Made by a program: the position numbers and the translations under genes. Below the pieces are notes generated by a model. It was not told where the DNA came from, did not search any database, and saw only the letters and a program-made list of their open reading frames with translations. Source: Aplysia californica (taxonomy: Eukaryota). Taken from it: a stretch of DNA of 64,000 nt. The DNA lies in NCBI RefSeq assembly GCF_000002075.1, contig NW_004797398.1:373956-437955 (forward strand), written 5' to 3'. Numbering within the stretch: position 1 is the first letter of the stretch; every line of letters starts with the position of its first letter. Of the stretch, positions 26,601-38,287 are shown one piece after another.

Positions 26601-29600
26601 AGAGACACATACATTTTTTAAAAATTGTCTTGCTATGAAAGTAAACTTACAAAAAAGTAAGAAACAAATCCACAATATTATCAGTGATCCACAATGCTAA
26701 ACATTTTTAACCTAACTGGAAAAAAAAAGGTACTTGGGTATTTTGACATGTGCCAGTAGTATACACAGTCACACACAATCACACAAAAGTTAACGTTATG
26801 CACACCCACATGAGTGTATACAACACACATCTGGCACATTGAGATCAAAATGTCTTACCAGCAGTCTGTCAAATAAATTTCAGCAATAGCACAGTATGCA
26901 CTGGAGATGTCTTTTTCAGAAGCAGACCTGTCATTACTGCATGCAGCTGCAACCTGAAAAGGCAAAAAGTGATTATGGTACATACTGAAATCCTGTAACC
27001 CTGTCCACATGCCCTGGTCTTCACATTTTAGAATACTTCGAGCGCGAAGATCTCTTTGAAACTGTCAGTATTTCTAAATAAAAGAATTTTGACAGACTGC
27101 TATGTAAAAGCGTACGGAACGGATTAACGAGTAAATTTCCTCTTTGGAAAGTGGTGGCACAGATAGTAAAACATGACGTACGCATAGGGTTTAAAAAGAA
27201 AACAAACTAACAAACAATTCAAACCACAGAGTACTACTACCTTGTGCACATCAAAAGTAAGACCTATCAACAAACTAATGCCAAACTGTAAGCTGAATGC
27301 TTCATCTCGGCATCCAGCCAGCTAAAAAGATTTTTAATGTTTAGCAAAACTCAATTATTCTGCAGGGGATTTAGAGGTGCCTGTCAATACAATTGTATGT
27401 ATACAGTTGAACCTGCCATGACGGCCACCTGTATAAACGACCACTTTCCATTTCCCCTTGCGTTTTTTCCATATAATTCAACTGTGTACAGCGTAAAACA
27501 GTCACCTGTCCAATGCGGCCGCGGCCACCTTATTTTATCAACCCACAGTCAATTTTACCTGCCTGAGCCTGCCAGGCGTGGTCTTGCTTACCCCGATGCT
27601 TTGTCAAAAATTTTTAATCAGCCCCTGACACTGTGAACGGGCCGTCATAATCCATTCACCTGTTATTATTGTTAGTCCCTCCAAAGAATGTTTACTCTAG
27701 TTGACCAATGGGTAACCGTACTTTTCAACTGCTGCTGAGGAAAGCGTGGGATCCGTCATAACCTATAAGCCCCACCCACAACTCATAATCAAATCGTATG
27801 TGAGATAACCGGTCACTGTTTCGTTCACCTAATCTGTAACAAAGTAACAATAGATGTTAACGTGAACTAGCAACAGAAGCATTGCTCTTTCTCCGAGTGG
27901 TAGCGACCAAGTGTTTGTTTTACCATGGCTCTTGATCATCGTCTAACATTCATTGATTTTAAACAAAACTTATTTTACAGCACAACCAGTAAACCAGAAC
28001 ATCATTGAACATGACACTAACTCAGACCAAGGTAAGTCACACACATGAACAAGAGCATCTCAGTGAAACAAGACTCAATAATGCTGGCTTTGCCCTTTAA
28101 TACCAGACATTAAGAAAGACACATTAGAAAGCATAAGTAAATGGAGACTACTGAACCAAAAACAGAATACAATAATCATTGAGGACTAAAATCAAGAAAG
28201 ATGAGGCTAACAGAATAAAAACTGGAATTTTGACAGAGTACACCTGAGGATATCTATCTGACAGAGTTCAGTTACTCAGGCACTCTCACAGACCACTCTA
28301 CGGTATTAATAGAGAGCAACGGACACCAAGTCATGCCACTCTGGTAACTGTATAAAAAATGTGAGTCAAAATCCACACAGAGAAAGCCATGCTACTCAGG
28401 AACTCTCAAAGAATAAACAACTGATGAGTAACTAAGACAAGTATGTATTACTCAAAAATTGTTAAAGACTAAACCAATAGCTGGGCTCCATAGCAAAGAC
28501 TGAAGATTTATGAATTTGCACAGACTGAAGACTTACGAATTTGCACAGACTAATTTTCATTTAGAATATAAAAAAACAGGTTTCTAACATCATGGCTATT
28601 CCATACCTCCTCTGCTTCCTTTGACTCTTTCTCCTTGATCATGAGTTCAATTCCCTTCTGGTAGCATTGTACTGCTGTGGCTCCCTCCATGAGCTGACCA
28701 AGAGTCATGTACTTGCTGAACCCAGATTCTGGACACACCTCCACAGCACGGCCCAGACACTAAGAAGCAAATCAACACATGTAGGAGGTGTTATTTATTG
28801 GAATTTTTATGACACACACAATTGATTCAAATTTTAGGACACCAGCACTGAGAACATTGTGGAGGAAACTAACTCCTTTCCAATATTCCACACTTGAAGA
28901 AAATAACAATATAATGGGGAAAATAAGCCTGCAAAATCGCCAAAAGATTTTAACTCATGAATTATTACACACATAATGAACAGAAACTATAAACAAAAAT
29001 TAAGAAAAGTATAATGGGAACGCAACAAAAGATTATTTTTTTTCAGTCAACACCAAAACAACAAGCTTCAAATTAAAATTTGGAAAGTATTTGTCATTAC
29101 TTGAGTACAAAAAAACTAAAAACTCTTACATGCTTTGCAGACTCAGCATTGCCCAGTTCAAGAAGGAGAGAAGCTGATGTTTCAAGGGCACGGACATTAT
29201 CCGGTTCTGTCTCTAAAGCTCTCTGGCAAAATTTCTGAGCAAGCTCATAATTGAACTCATCAATTAGCTGTTCAGCCTATGGAATACAGGAATCAAAATT
29301 ATTATCAAATCACACATATATATATACTAAACAAATAAGCTAATTCTTTAACAAACTAAATTAGGCAATATCTTTAAGGAGCAACATTCATTGGAAAAGA
29401 TGACGTGATACAATATATAGATCATAAATTCACTGCCACAAAATCTCAAACTGCTTGCATAAACCTACTCTCTAACATTAATATGAAAGGACAAAAGTGT
29501 CTAAGTAAAATGCATATCACTATGACTATGAATGACTACTGGCACACATACAGTGCTCAATTTTATGCCTACTAGGGTTTTGTCTGGGTATGAACAGAAT

Positions 29601-29633
29601 GCCTCGAACATGAAAAATATTCAGATGACAACC

Positions 29634-29664
<31 letters not shown>

Positions 29665-30977
29665 TAGATGAATGAAAGTCTTCATACTTTAATTTGACAA
29701 AAAGACAAAGCAAAATAAAAATGGAATAGGAACAGTCATAAAAAGGAGTTTCATATTTTTTTTACATCAACCTTTTCTACTTTACTGAACATTTTTTTTT
29801 TTAAATCAAGATGTTTATTTAGCTTTGATCTCAATATTCAGTACAGTCAGGCAAAGTCTATAAGGGATGCAACAGTTGGAATTATCTGAAAAGGTCCATC
29901 TTCTAAAAATCATGTTGAAGATTGCAAATATGATGACCTACCCTTTATGCACATCAATAAAATCAAAGCAAAAGCCACCACATTCATCAAACACTCACTG
30001 GTGTTGAATGTGAATGTGAAATTAAAGTCTGTGATTGAAAACAAACAAGACCAAATATAGACTGCACCATTAAAAACTGATGCATTGACAGCACTCAGCC
30101 CATTTTAAAATCTTTTACCTTCTAATTCAAAATATCTGAGCAAGGCAAACAAGAAGTGGAGTACAAATACAAAGCACAACTAACAAAACCTTTCATGACA
30201 GATGAAAATCTTAAGCCCATACCTTGTCCAGTAATCTGTCAATAGAGTGTGCTGCATCAGTTTCCTTTTTATCTTCTGCAACTACTGATGTCACTGTTTT
30301 GGCTGCTTTTTGCTGCTCATCTGTTCAAAGCGACAAAACAGACAGTCAGATATATACACAGTACATTATTATGTGTTCGATTTTGAGACATCATATTCAA
30401 TATCAGTCGAATCTGCCTTAACGGAAAAGAGTGTAAGACAGAAACCTGCTGAAACAGAATCCCCTCTTGATATTTCCTCTTTAATTAGCTGTATAAAACA
30501 GAAGGGAGTGTATACAGACCCGGTAACCGGGAACAAAGTCACAAAGTATACAGACCCGGTAGGGGAACTCTTTTGTGATTTCGGAGAGTTTCTGCGCCCT
30601 CTTGGCTCAGGGTAGACCTAGGTTCTTCTAGATCTGTGGCCTAGGTCTAGATCTAGACATAGGCAGAGAGACATAAATCTTTGATCTAGTTTCGCGGCTA
30701 GATCTAAATGAAGATTGCGGATGTCTTTTCGATGAACGATCGTTTTTCCTCCGTTTTGGAGTTGGGGGAATCGCAAGACCCAATTTGAAGAAAAGAACAA
30801 TGTCATAATTTCAATCGAGCAGTCACTCTCTCTATTTCTCTCTCTCTCTCTCTCTCTCTCGCTCGCCTTCTCTTTTTCTTTGTTTGTCTCTGTCTTTCTT
30901 TGTCCCCACCTATTTCACACTCTATCTTTCTCTCGTTCCCTCCTGCCAACTGGGGCATGTCATTACATTTTGCTAGC

Positions 30978-31040
<63 letters not shown>

Positions 31041-34000
31041 TAGATTTCTACCGGCTGGGTCTGGGGGCTGAAACTTCCCGAAATCACAAAAGAGTTCCCC
31101 TACCGGGTCTGTATACTCCATGACTTTGTTCCCGGTTACCGGGTCTGTATACACTTCGAAAACAGAAACCTGTCCAACGCGGAAAAGGAAAGAAAAATTC
31201 GCTCTCTTACCAGGGCTTCACCTGACTAAGATAGAAAATGCTTTGCCCGCTCAGCCCTGATTTGAAAAAAAACTTGCAAGTTTGGTTCAGCAGGCTCTAA
31301 ACTTAACGCCATGCTGCCGGGCGAGGAAGGGGGGTAGGGGTGCAATTTGAGGGTAGATGTTTCCATGCTACCCTATCTATGTGAGCCCCGAGTGATGAAG
31401 ATGGTCATGGTGATGTGGGTTTGAAATCTCACGAGTGCCAGTGAAAGTGCTCGAGTGGCGCTCCAGCATGGAAACTTTCATTGATAGCCAGAGGCCAGAG
31501 GTGTGAAATTAGTTCAACCAATGCCTGCCGCCCTGGTCGTACGGCCAGCCAAGAAAAAAGTTCCTCTAATTGTTGTTACATGGGAGAGAGAAGTGGCATT
31601 GGTTAACTCTGCTTATGGCACCGATGGGCGGGGACAAGGGTAGAAGCAAAAACATTTGTTTTTTATTTTAATAGGTCAAACAGCACTCCTATGAAACGCA
31701 AGCACTGGTGGCAATAGATTTATAAGTAAGACTGGCGCATGTCATTATCAGAGAGGATGTCACTTGAGAAGTATGAAGTTTTGACCACTACTTGCCGACC
31801 GGACAATTTAAGCGACTCTTGATCCCACCGGCTGGGCCGTTGAAACCCCCCTCCACCTCCCCCTAAAAATTCCTTGTCTAGGACAGAATATTTACCTGAC
31901 TCCCATGTGATTCCATCTTACACAGGTTCGACTGTGTATTAAACAACTCTCACAAAGCTCAGCGTAAGACACTATTGAATATTTATAACATAGGGTGGCC
32001 ATTTTGGACAATTTCAACAGTTTTGAAGTACAGTCAAACCTGTGTAAGACGGCCACCCATTGTCAAGGAGAAAAGTGGCCGTATAAGACAGGTGGTCGTC
32101 TTAGGCAGGACTGATCAAGATAAAGAAAACAAACCATTCCATCTGAGGCCCCAGTCGAAAGTAGCCCATTATGTTGTCTTTGTTGGTGTTGTTGTTGTTG
32201 GTTTGTATTTCGTTTGTAATTTTTATTTTGTCGCTGATTTTGTACAAGGGTGACAATAAAACAAAATGTATCAGACAAGGAAGACCGAGTGCCATGTTAA
32301 AACAAACACATGGGTCGTCACCACTCGGAGAAAGAGCGACGCTTCTGTAACAAGTTCATGTTGACGTCCTTTGTTACTTTGTTACAGACTGGGTCAACAG
32401 TAACCACTCATCTCACTTAAGATTTGTGTATGAGTTCTGGGCGGGGCTTATGGGTTATGAGGGATCACACGCTTACCTCACCGGCAGCTGAAAATTGGTA
32501 GCTATTGGTCAACAGTGGGAGGGGCCTACGCAACATGATCGGTTGGAGGGACTACCAAACAACAACGATAGGTGATTGAATAACGACGGCTCGCCCACAA
32601 CGCCAGGGGCCAAAGCACAATTTATGACAAAACGTAATGGATTCACTAAGGTGACCGTCTTAGACAGGTATTATTGCTTAGTATGATAGGGGTTGTGTGT
32701 TAAATTATGGTGGCCGCAGCCGCGTTGGACAGGTGCCCGTTTTACACAGTTAAATTATATAGAAAAAACGCAAGGGGGGAAATGGAAAGTGGCCGATTGT
32801 ACAGGTGGACGTCTTATAGAGGTGGCCGTCAGGGCAGGTTCGACTGTATTTTATTAGGAACCAAATGGGAAATACTTCGTTTTCTCAGAATTACAAAGTT
32901 CTATCTCACATTTTTGGCCGCTTAACTGAGTTACTACTAAGGCCATGAGGTTAGAAACCAAATGTTCTGTGTTCTAGATCTATCAAAATCGTAAGATTAT
33001 TCTGAGAAGTTATCAAGATAGGGCAGCCTATTCAAAGAACTGCATTGGAAAAAGCTTGAAATATTGTAAAACTCAGAATTTTTAAAGTCAAATTTCTCTA
33101 AACTAGGTACTGAGCAAATAGAACTTTGAAATTCTGAGGTAGCAACTTACTGTTGAACCTGCCTTTAACAGAAACCTAATAAAAGAATCTCCCCGCTTCC
33201 CTCGATAACTTGCTTGGATTTACTTGGATTCAGAGCTAGAATCATAGCAGGCGGCACATGTCCATAGCTGCTCATCTCTCCTTTCCAGCGTCCACCTCAG
33301 GGTCTTCCTGCTAATTGTCTCCATGAGGAGCTGGTTTGAGACACGCCTGACCACTCCTCGGAGCAAACTTTTTTTCGCTGTGCCCCGCACACACTTTCCT
33401 TTTATTGTGTCGAGTGTGTGGGAGTCTGACTCCTCTTGGTTGTGAAGGCTCTCCTTGCATCTGGCGATCACCATTGGTGGGTCGAGCATGATTCGGCCAT
33501 TGGGTGCTGCTTTGCCGGCAAGTTCATCAGCACGCTCATTTCCGTGCACCCCGACGTGACCAGGGCAGAACACCCATGTAATTCTTAGGAGGTGGCTATT
33601 TGCAATGGAAGCTCTCCAGTCACTGTAGAGCCACCCACTCCTGATTTTTTCTAGGGTGCTCATCGAGTCTGTGACAAACAGGGCATGTTTATACGCTTCC
33701 GTGCTGATCCATTCCAGAGCCTCTGTTATTGCCTTGACCTCCATTGCCATGCTCGACGTAGTGCACTCGTAAGCTCCAGACTGTTTTTTAATTATCCTAC
33801 CTACCGTCAACTCGAGCACTGAACGCCCATCCAGATTACTGGCCACGCCTCACTGATCCGTCATTGAAGACAACAACATCACCCATAACTGAATTTTCCT
33901 CTACGATGGCCACAATTTCCGCATTAGTTGCACTTGCTGGCCACTTGCGACACTCTCGACCTAGCGTAGCTATCACCTTCATGAAGTTGCTCATGTCTTT

Positions 34001-37000
34001 CTCCGGCCTCATCCAGTCACATCCTCTTCTTATGTCCTCGATTTCACAGCACATATCGGATCGAGAGTTCGCTCCGCCTGCACCATCCATGAAGATCCTC
34101 TTTTCAATCTTTGGCGTACTTGGTTTCCTATTTTCGGAGGTAGAGGGTGACGTTCGTCTGCTGTTACTCGAAGGTAGGCCTTGACTTGTGCTAGCTTGTG
34201 TCGGTGGGTTAACGTTGGCAGGTCCAGCAGATATCTCATCGCTGATGCTGCTGTGTCACGGGTGCATCCAAGAACAGTTCTCATTCCTTCATTTTGAATG
34301 ACTTCGAGGCGATTTAGTTGGGTTTTGGATAGGGTGAGCATACCAAGGCCATAGTCCACTACAGACAGTACAACCGCTTGAAGCATGATCATAAGGGCGC
34401 GTTGGGGCATAGATGCAGCCATCACTCTCAGTGCAACAAGTCCTTTCCTTGCTCTGGTGACAATATTTGTCACACGGTCTTTTGCCGAGAGGGTGCGGTC
34501 AAAAGTAATGCCCAGGTACTTCAATTTCTCTTGCCTTTCCAACTGCGTACCTTGTATATTGACAGTAGGCATGATAGCCTTGACTGCTCTGTTGTTGAGA
34601 CTGGTCCACAGTACCCCTGCCTTCCCTCGATAAATTCCTCTATAATTCACAAAGGCAAAAACCTGCAAAACCTGGAAACAGAAAGAGAACATCCTTCCCT
34701 TCGGAGGGTTCTGACCAGTCAAAGACTGAAAATAATGCTTTGTTCGTGCATCCCTTAGATACATTATTTAATTGTTCTGAAACAAAATTCCCAAGTTTGA
34801 TTCCATCACTTCTAATCTTTACCATGATTTACGCCATGCTGCCAATTGTGGGGGTGGAGATGCATTTTGGATGAGTGAAGCTTAGAACTCTAGGCCTACT
34901 ACTACTTGCGGACCATTTAGGCAACCCTTGATCCCACCGTCACATCGTGTGTGGGTTGGCCCTCTGGAGACCACCCCTTCCCTCCCCTTAATTAATTTAA
35001 TGTCAGCAGAGGCAGAAGGCGGATGACAGTACAACACGGCTATAGCGAGACATTTGGTTCCAGAAGAAAAATTCAGCTGTAGGCAAGTTCCCGCTATAGA
35101 AATGCAAAGGGGAAATTACCCAAAATTTCTAAAAATCCACATGATTACCTCCTTTCCATATCAATAAAATATGCACTTTAGATTAGCCTTCCTTTTCTTG
35201 TCAACTTCGTTGATTATCTCGGCCTTTAATTCGAGTGAGAAGCCTTTCCTTTCGTCTTTGCTTGAAGCCATCTTTTCCTTGGTCTCATTGCTTGTGCTAT
35301 CTATTGTACTGGTAGGCCCACGGTAGAACTGGTAAAATGGATGCGTGTGTATATCTCTGAGCATCAATTATTGCAATTCAATGAATCAGGAATCACACAC
35401 GACACTCTTCTCTTCATTTTACCACTAAGGCATAGAGCTGATGCCTTGACTGCCATCTCACTTGAGAAGTCCAAGTGTCTGCCTGCAACAAACCAACGCA
35501 GAGCCTCTGCAACAAAATCAGTGCCCACGCGGACAGGCAAGTCGAACTGGAGAAAGCATGCCCAGAACCTCATAGCCGAAACTGAACTGGATACATACCC
35601 ACGCGAGGAGCTGGTTGTTTTACCCCCCCCCCCCACACACAACCGTGGAAGGCTGCATCATGCAACGTGACTTTTAGCACCGATCTTGTCGTCGACTGCA
35701 AGCGTGCTAATGAATCAGCAATCAGGAAAGCAGCAGCAGAGGCTACCATTCGATCGCTTCCCCTGCCCGATGTAGAAGTCTGGACAGACGGTTCAGCTAA
35801 GCACGGTACCGAGTACGGAGGCAGTGGAATACTGATCAAGACTGGTGATACCGAACTCGACCACCGTGTACCCGCGGGCCAGTATTGTTCCATTACAGGG
35901 CCGAGCTTGTAGCTCTCGATACAGCGCTGGGTAGCTTGTGGCACTTCATTCAGCAGGCAGCCTTCCGAACAGTGTACGCATCCATGTATGCACTGATTCC
36001 AGGTCAGCAGTCATGCGCCTCTCATACGGCCCTACCAACCAATCGAAAAGGTGGCATGCTCAATCTGGCAGCATCTGCACACCCTCTGTCAAAGCTCCGA
36101 ATGTTCCATCCACTTACAGTGGATTCCAGGCCACGCTGGACTGGCTGGGAACGAGGAATTTGACAGCTTCGCCAAAGAAGCAACAGCGCTTACCCAGATT
36201 GACACGCCAATCGATTTCTCGACAGCTAAAGCCGTCATCCACCGGTCGACCCGCGTAAAGTGGAAGAGAGAGGCGAAACCCAAACTGCTGTTTGCCCAGC
36301 CGCCATCATACCAGCTTGAGGCCTCGCTCAGACGACAGGACCGCCGGCTTCTCTTCCAAATGAGAACTGGGGGAAAATCGCCCAAGCTGAGATCATATCT
36401 CCACAAAATTGCGCCAGCAGACAACCCAGATCTGTCTTGTCGAGCCTGCAAGGAGGAGGATGAAACTATAGACCATGTGTTCCTGAGATGTCTCGCCAAC
36501 TATCGTGCCAGAACCCGTCTGCTGGGACATTTCAGTAACCCATTTTCATCACTTTTAAAGGACCCCCGGGCAAGTGTTGAGTTCCTGCTTGCTGTCGGCA
36601 TCTCTGACCGTTTATGACGTCCCAGCGACAGAAGAGAGAGAGAGATACTCTTCTCTTCTTTCACTTTTTGGTCTACCCTATGGCCAATAGATACACGCTC
36701 TCATACTGAGCTCCAAGCTACGGCACATCATTTTTACTTTTGGAGTGGCTCACGTAATCATGGTAATGCGTCTCTCTGCCGCCTCCCCCACCTCACTCAT
36801 CACTGCACAGGCCAATCACAACGCCTAACCAGCTAGAGCTCGCTCGATCTCACTGTATCCGAGTTCGGGCCTTTCCTTGCTCCGCTAAACCTGAACACAG
36901 GTAGCCTAATTGAATTTAATCTATATTTAAAAAAGGGGGGATTCCGGTAAGGTCCCGCTGTAGCAGGTGCCGTTAATGCATAGACTATAGATCTAGCAGT

Positions 37001-37692
37001 AGACCTATATCTAGATCTAGATCTATAGAGTCATGTTCTGCTGTAGATCTTTTTTTTTCTTGGCTTCTTAAATTTTGCTTTACAATTCCCTTGACTTGAA
37101 CTTGGACAAGTTTGACAGTACCATTTATGTCTGTTATAATACAGTATTATTAAAAACTAAAGTTGTTCCCGCATCCGATTCGGACATTGGGGATCGCCAT
37201 GTTTAGTGAAACAACTTCCTGGGCCTTCGGCATTGTGATAGGGTGGCCAGTTCTTTTCCACGCCGCCTTTACTTCCCCAAAGTCAGGTACCCATTACTGC
37301 TGGGAGGGCAGGAGGGGGCGAAAAAAATATGTGTCCAAACCGAGGCTCGAACCCGAACTTCCCGCTTCGGAGACGAGCGCACTAACCGCTCCACCACCGC
37401 ACCCTCTAGATTCTAGATCTAGATTAGATCTACACTATTATTACTAGACTCTATTACTAATTCATTACATACATGGTATATATATATTTCATTCACTCTA
37501 CTGTCACTGCTCATCTGATCCTCGCAGTTCCTGAGCCAGCGACAGGTCCTGATGATGATTACAACTTACAAGCACAATAAGAAGTCCAAAGTTGATCAAC
37601 AAGTAGCCTACTCAGCAAACTCTTAGAGTGTATAAAAACTCACCCTGCAATAATGACTTCTTTTGTTTCTTTTTAATATTCTTCTTCCCCAT
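20648..37692 (-). CDS. ACL4: TPR-repeat protein, probable assembly chaperone of ribosomal protein uL4 (Acl4-like), complete, 11 exons, 377 aa
   Basis: Exons in transcript order: 37692-37644, 30320-30223, 29276-29130, 28759-28607, 26953-26859, 26391-26268, 25435-25334, 24426-24358, 23559-23419, 22698-22623, 20727-20648. GT-AG, phases consistent, 1134 nt. Has TPR helices (ELAQKFCQRALETEPDNVRALE; KYMTLGQL), Acl4-family motifs SAYCAIAEIYLTDCCFDDQAEEKC and LLDEDDEVPDVWYLLGW, a basic N-terminus and an acidic tail. Minus-strand AATAAA at about 20553-20558. The gene structure is firm; the orthology call is from motif recall. Confidence 0.85.
21912..22540. mobile_element. Tigger-type MITE carrying a copy of nearby flanking DNA
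   Basis: TA|CAGTGGAACT.GGAT.CAACG..CGTTGAATC.GAGTTCCACTG|TA; a related end lies at 46495. Confidence 0.75.
25631..26028 (+). mobile_element. Tc1/mariner-superfamily deletion derivative with the transposase C-terminus
   Basis: TA-flanked CA.GGTGTCCAAAACGTTGC ends. ORF segment WPPRSPDLTPLDFFLCGHLKSVVY..RRVESCINENSAHFEHL contains the third catalytic Asp region. About 96-bp inverted repeats at 25631-25726 and 25933-26028. Confidence 0.9.
27404..28020. mobile_element. Tigger-type MITE fragment, inverted relative to the 32030-32846 copy
   Basis: CAGTTGAACCTGCC.TGACGGCCACC.. is the reverse complement of the end of 32030-32846; internal segments also match. Confidence 0.7.
30404..31934. mobile_element. 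Tigger-type non-autonomous element (about 0.9-kb family: also 51913-52790 inverted, 38387-39609, and the host starting at 33150)
   Basis: CAGTCGAA.CTG ends; long internal blocks (GCCAGAGGTGTGAAATTAG, TGGCATTGGTT.A.TCTGCTTA, CCCTTGATCCCAC) are shared among the copies. Confidence 0.75.
30504..31158. mobile_element. Mutator-like MITE with about 100-bp TIRs and a perfect 9-bp TSD, nested in the Tigger-type element
   Basis: TSD AAAACAGAA at 30495-30503 and 31159-31167; TIR with a duplicated GTATACAGACCCGGTA motif; internal (CT)n and (CA)n tracts. Confidence 0.85.
32030..32846. mobile_element. Tigger-type MITE
   Basis: TA|CAGTCAAACCTG..GACGGCCACC..GGTGGCCGTC..CAGGTTCGACTG|TA. Confidence 0.8.
33209..34620 (-). 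mobile_element. 5'-truncated non-LTR retrotransposon (RT thumb + RNase H; I/Ingi/Nimb-like group), frameshifted
   Basis: KLKYLGITFDRTL..LEVIQNEGMRTVLG; RNase H motifs FNDGS, EVKAI, TDSMS, CPGHVGVHGNERADELA across three frames; short repeat tail AATCCAAG; 13-bp TSD CTTCCCTCGATAA at 33196-33208 and 34621-34633. Confidence 0.92.
35027..36970. mobile_element. Tigger-type host element with a CENP-B-like N-terminal remnant, split by a LINE
   Basis: CAGTACAACACGGCTATAGCGAG end (fragment also at about 46840). The minus-strand peptide MASSKDERKGFSLELKAEIINEVDKK resembles a Tigger/CENP-B HTH start. The right boundary is approximate. Confidence 0.55.
35416..36646 (+). mobile_element. 5'-truncated non-LTR retrotransposon (RNase H + C-terminal CCHC knuckle), frameshifted
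   Basis: VWTDGSA, RAELVAL, TDSRSA, LQWIPGHAGLAGNE, CRAC..ETIDHVFLRC; (GA)n tail; 12-bp TSD ACTCTTCTCTTC at 35404-35415 and 36647-36658. Confidence 0.92.
37158..37404 (-). mobile_element. tRNA-derived SINE with a Nin/Deu-like central domain
   Basis: Minus strand: A box TGGTGGAGCGG, B box GGTTCGAGCC, core CCCAGCAGTAATGGGTACCTGAC, tail GGGAACAACTTTA. Confidence 0.8.
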
Positions 37693-37923
37693 CGTTTCTG
37701 TTGACACGTCTGGACTCGGGATCAAGTAGAATGTGCAGTGTGTTGTTCAAGGCACACCATGTGTGTAAAGTGTAAAAGCCATCCTTCTCGCTATCTTTAG
37801 CTACTGACCTTAACGACCCGGAAGTAAACATGCTGAGCTCATGAGCTGGCCGATCCCCCGACTGAAGGCGAGAGAGGCACGAAATACGAAAAATCTGATG
37901 TCAACAATAAACAATAACACAAT
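37693..37923. promoter_or_regulatory. Putative bidirectional promoter shared by the Acl4-like gene (-) and SFR1 (+), with ETS-type motif CCGGAAGT at 37818-37825
   Basis: The Acl4-like ATG at 37692 (-) and a + strand donor at 37923/37924 are about 230 bp apart. The region is relatively CpG-rich and has a perfect ETS/GABP core. Confidence 0.6.
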
Positions 37924-38148
37924 GTAAGCCAAGAGTCAGAGACTATTTTACCCTATTTGCCTTTATAGAATTAAGTTTGACGACAGGGCCCAAGGTATGT
38001 AGATCTACAATAATTTTGGCAAGGCCAATAGTCTCACTGGAGCCCCAAGAATTTTGATGGACTTTCGACTGCCAACTTCACTTTTAGAACCGGTCTGCTG
38101 TAGCCTGTGTGTAAGTGCTGCCTGCTACACAGTAGGCTGAGTAGGCTA

Positions 38149-38287
38149 GGCGGCGATTGTTAAAAGATTCCAGCGTATAATTCCGATGTGTGTTTTTCAT
38201 AGCCTCAGTCGCTTTGGTCCCTAACCCTAACCCTGAAAAACGCACATTCGCAATTTAAACGCGGGACTGAATTTAACAATCGCCGGC
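38149..38287. mobile_element. Small fold-back MITE with internal CCCTAA repeats
   Basis: TA|GGCGGCGATTGTTAAA..TTTAACAATCGCCGGC|TA; imperfect arms of about 50 bp; CCCTAACCCTAACCCT at 38219-38234. Confidence 0.7.

Noticed and set aside
28421-28470. CTGATGAG plus hairpin resembling a hammerhead core
   Set aside because: No GAAA strand or stem I/III pairing; other CTGATGA hits also fail.
28498-28551. 25-bp direct repeat, two copies
   Set aside because: Simple local tandem duplication; no spacers, so not CRISPR-like.
36979-37035. CATAGACTATA..TATAGAGTCATG palindrome
   Set aside because: Embedded in the self-complementary (TAGATC)n simple repeat common across the window; no TSD.
37330-37404. tRNA gene
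   Set aside because: A and B boxes are present, but the sequence continues into a SINE core and tail and has no clean acceptor stem.
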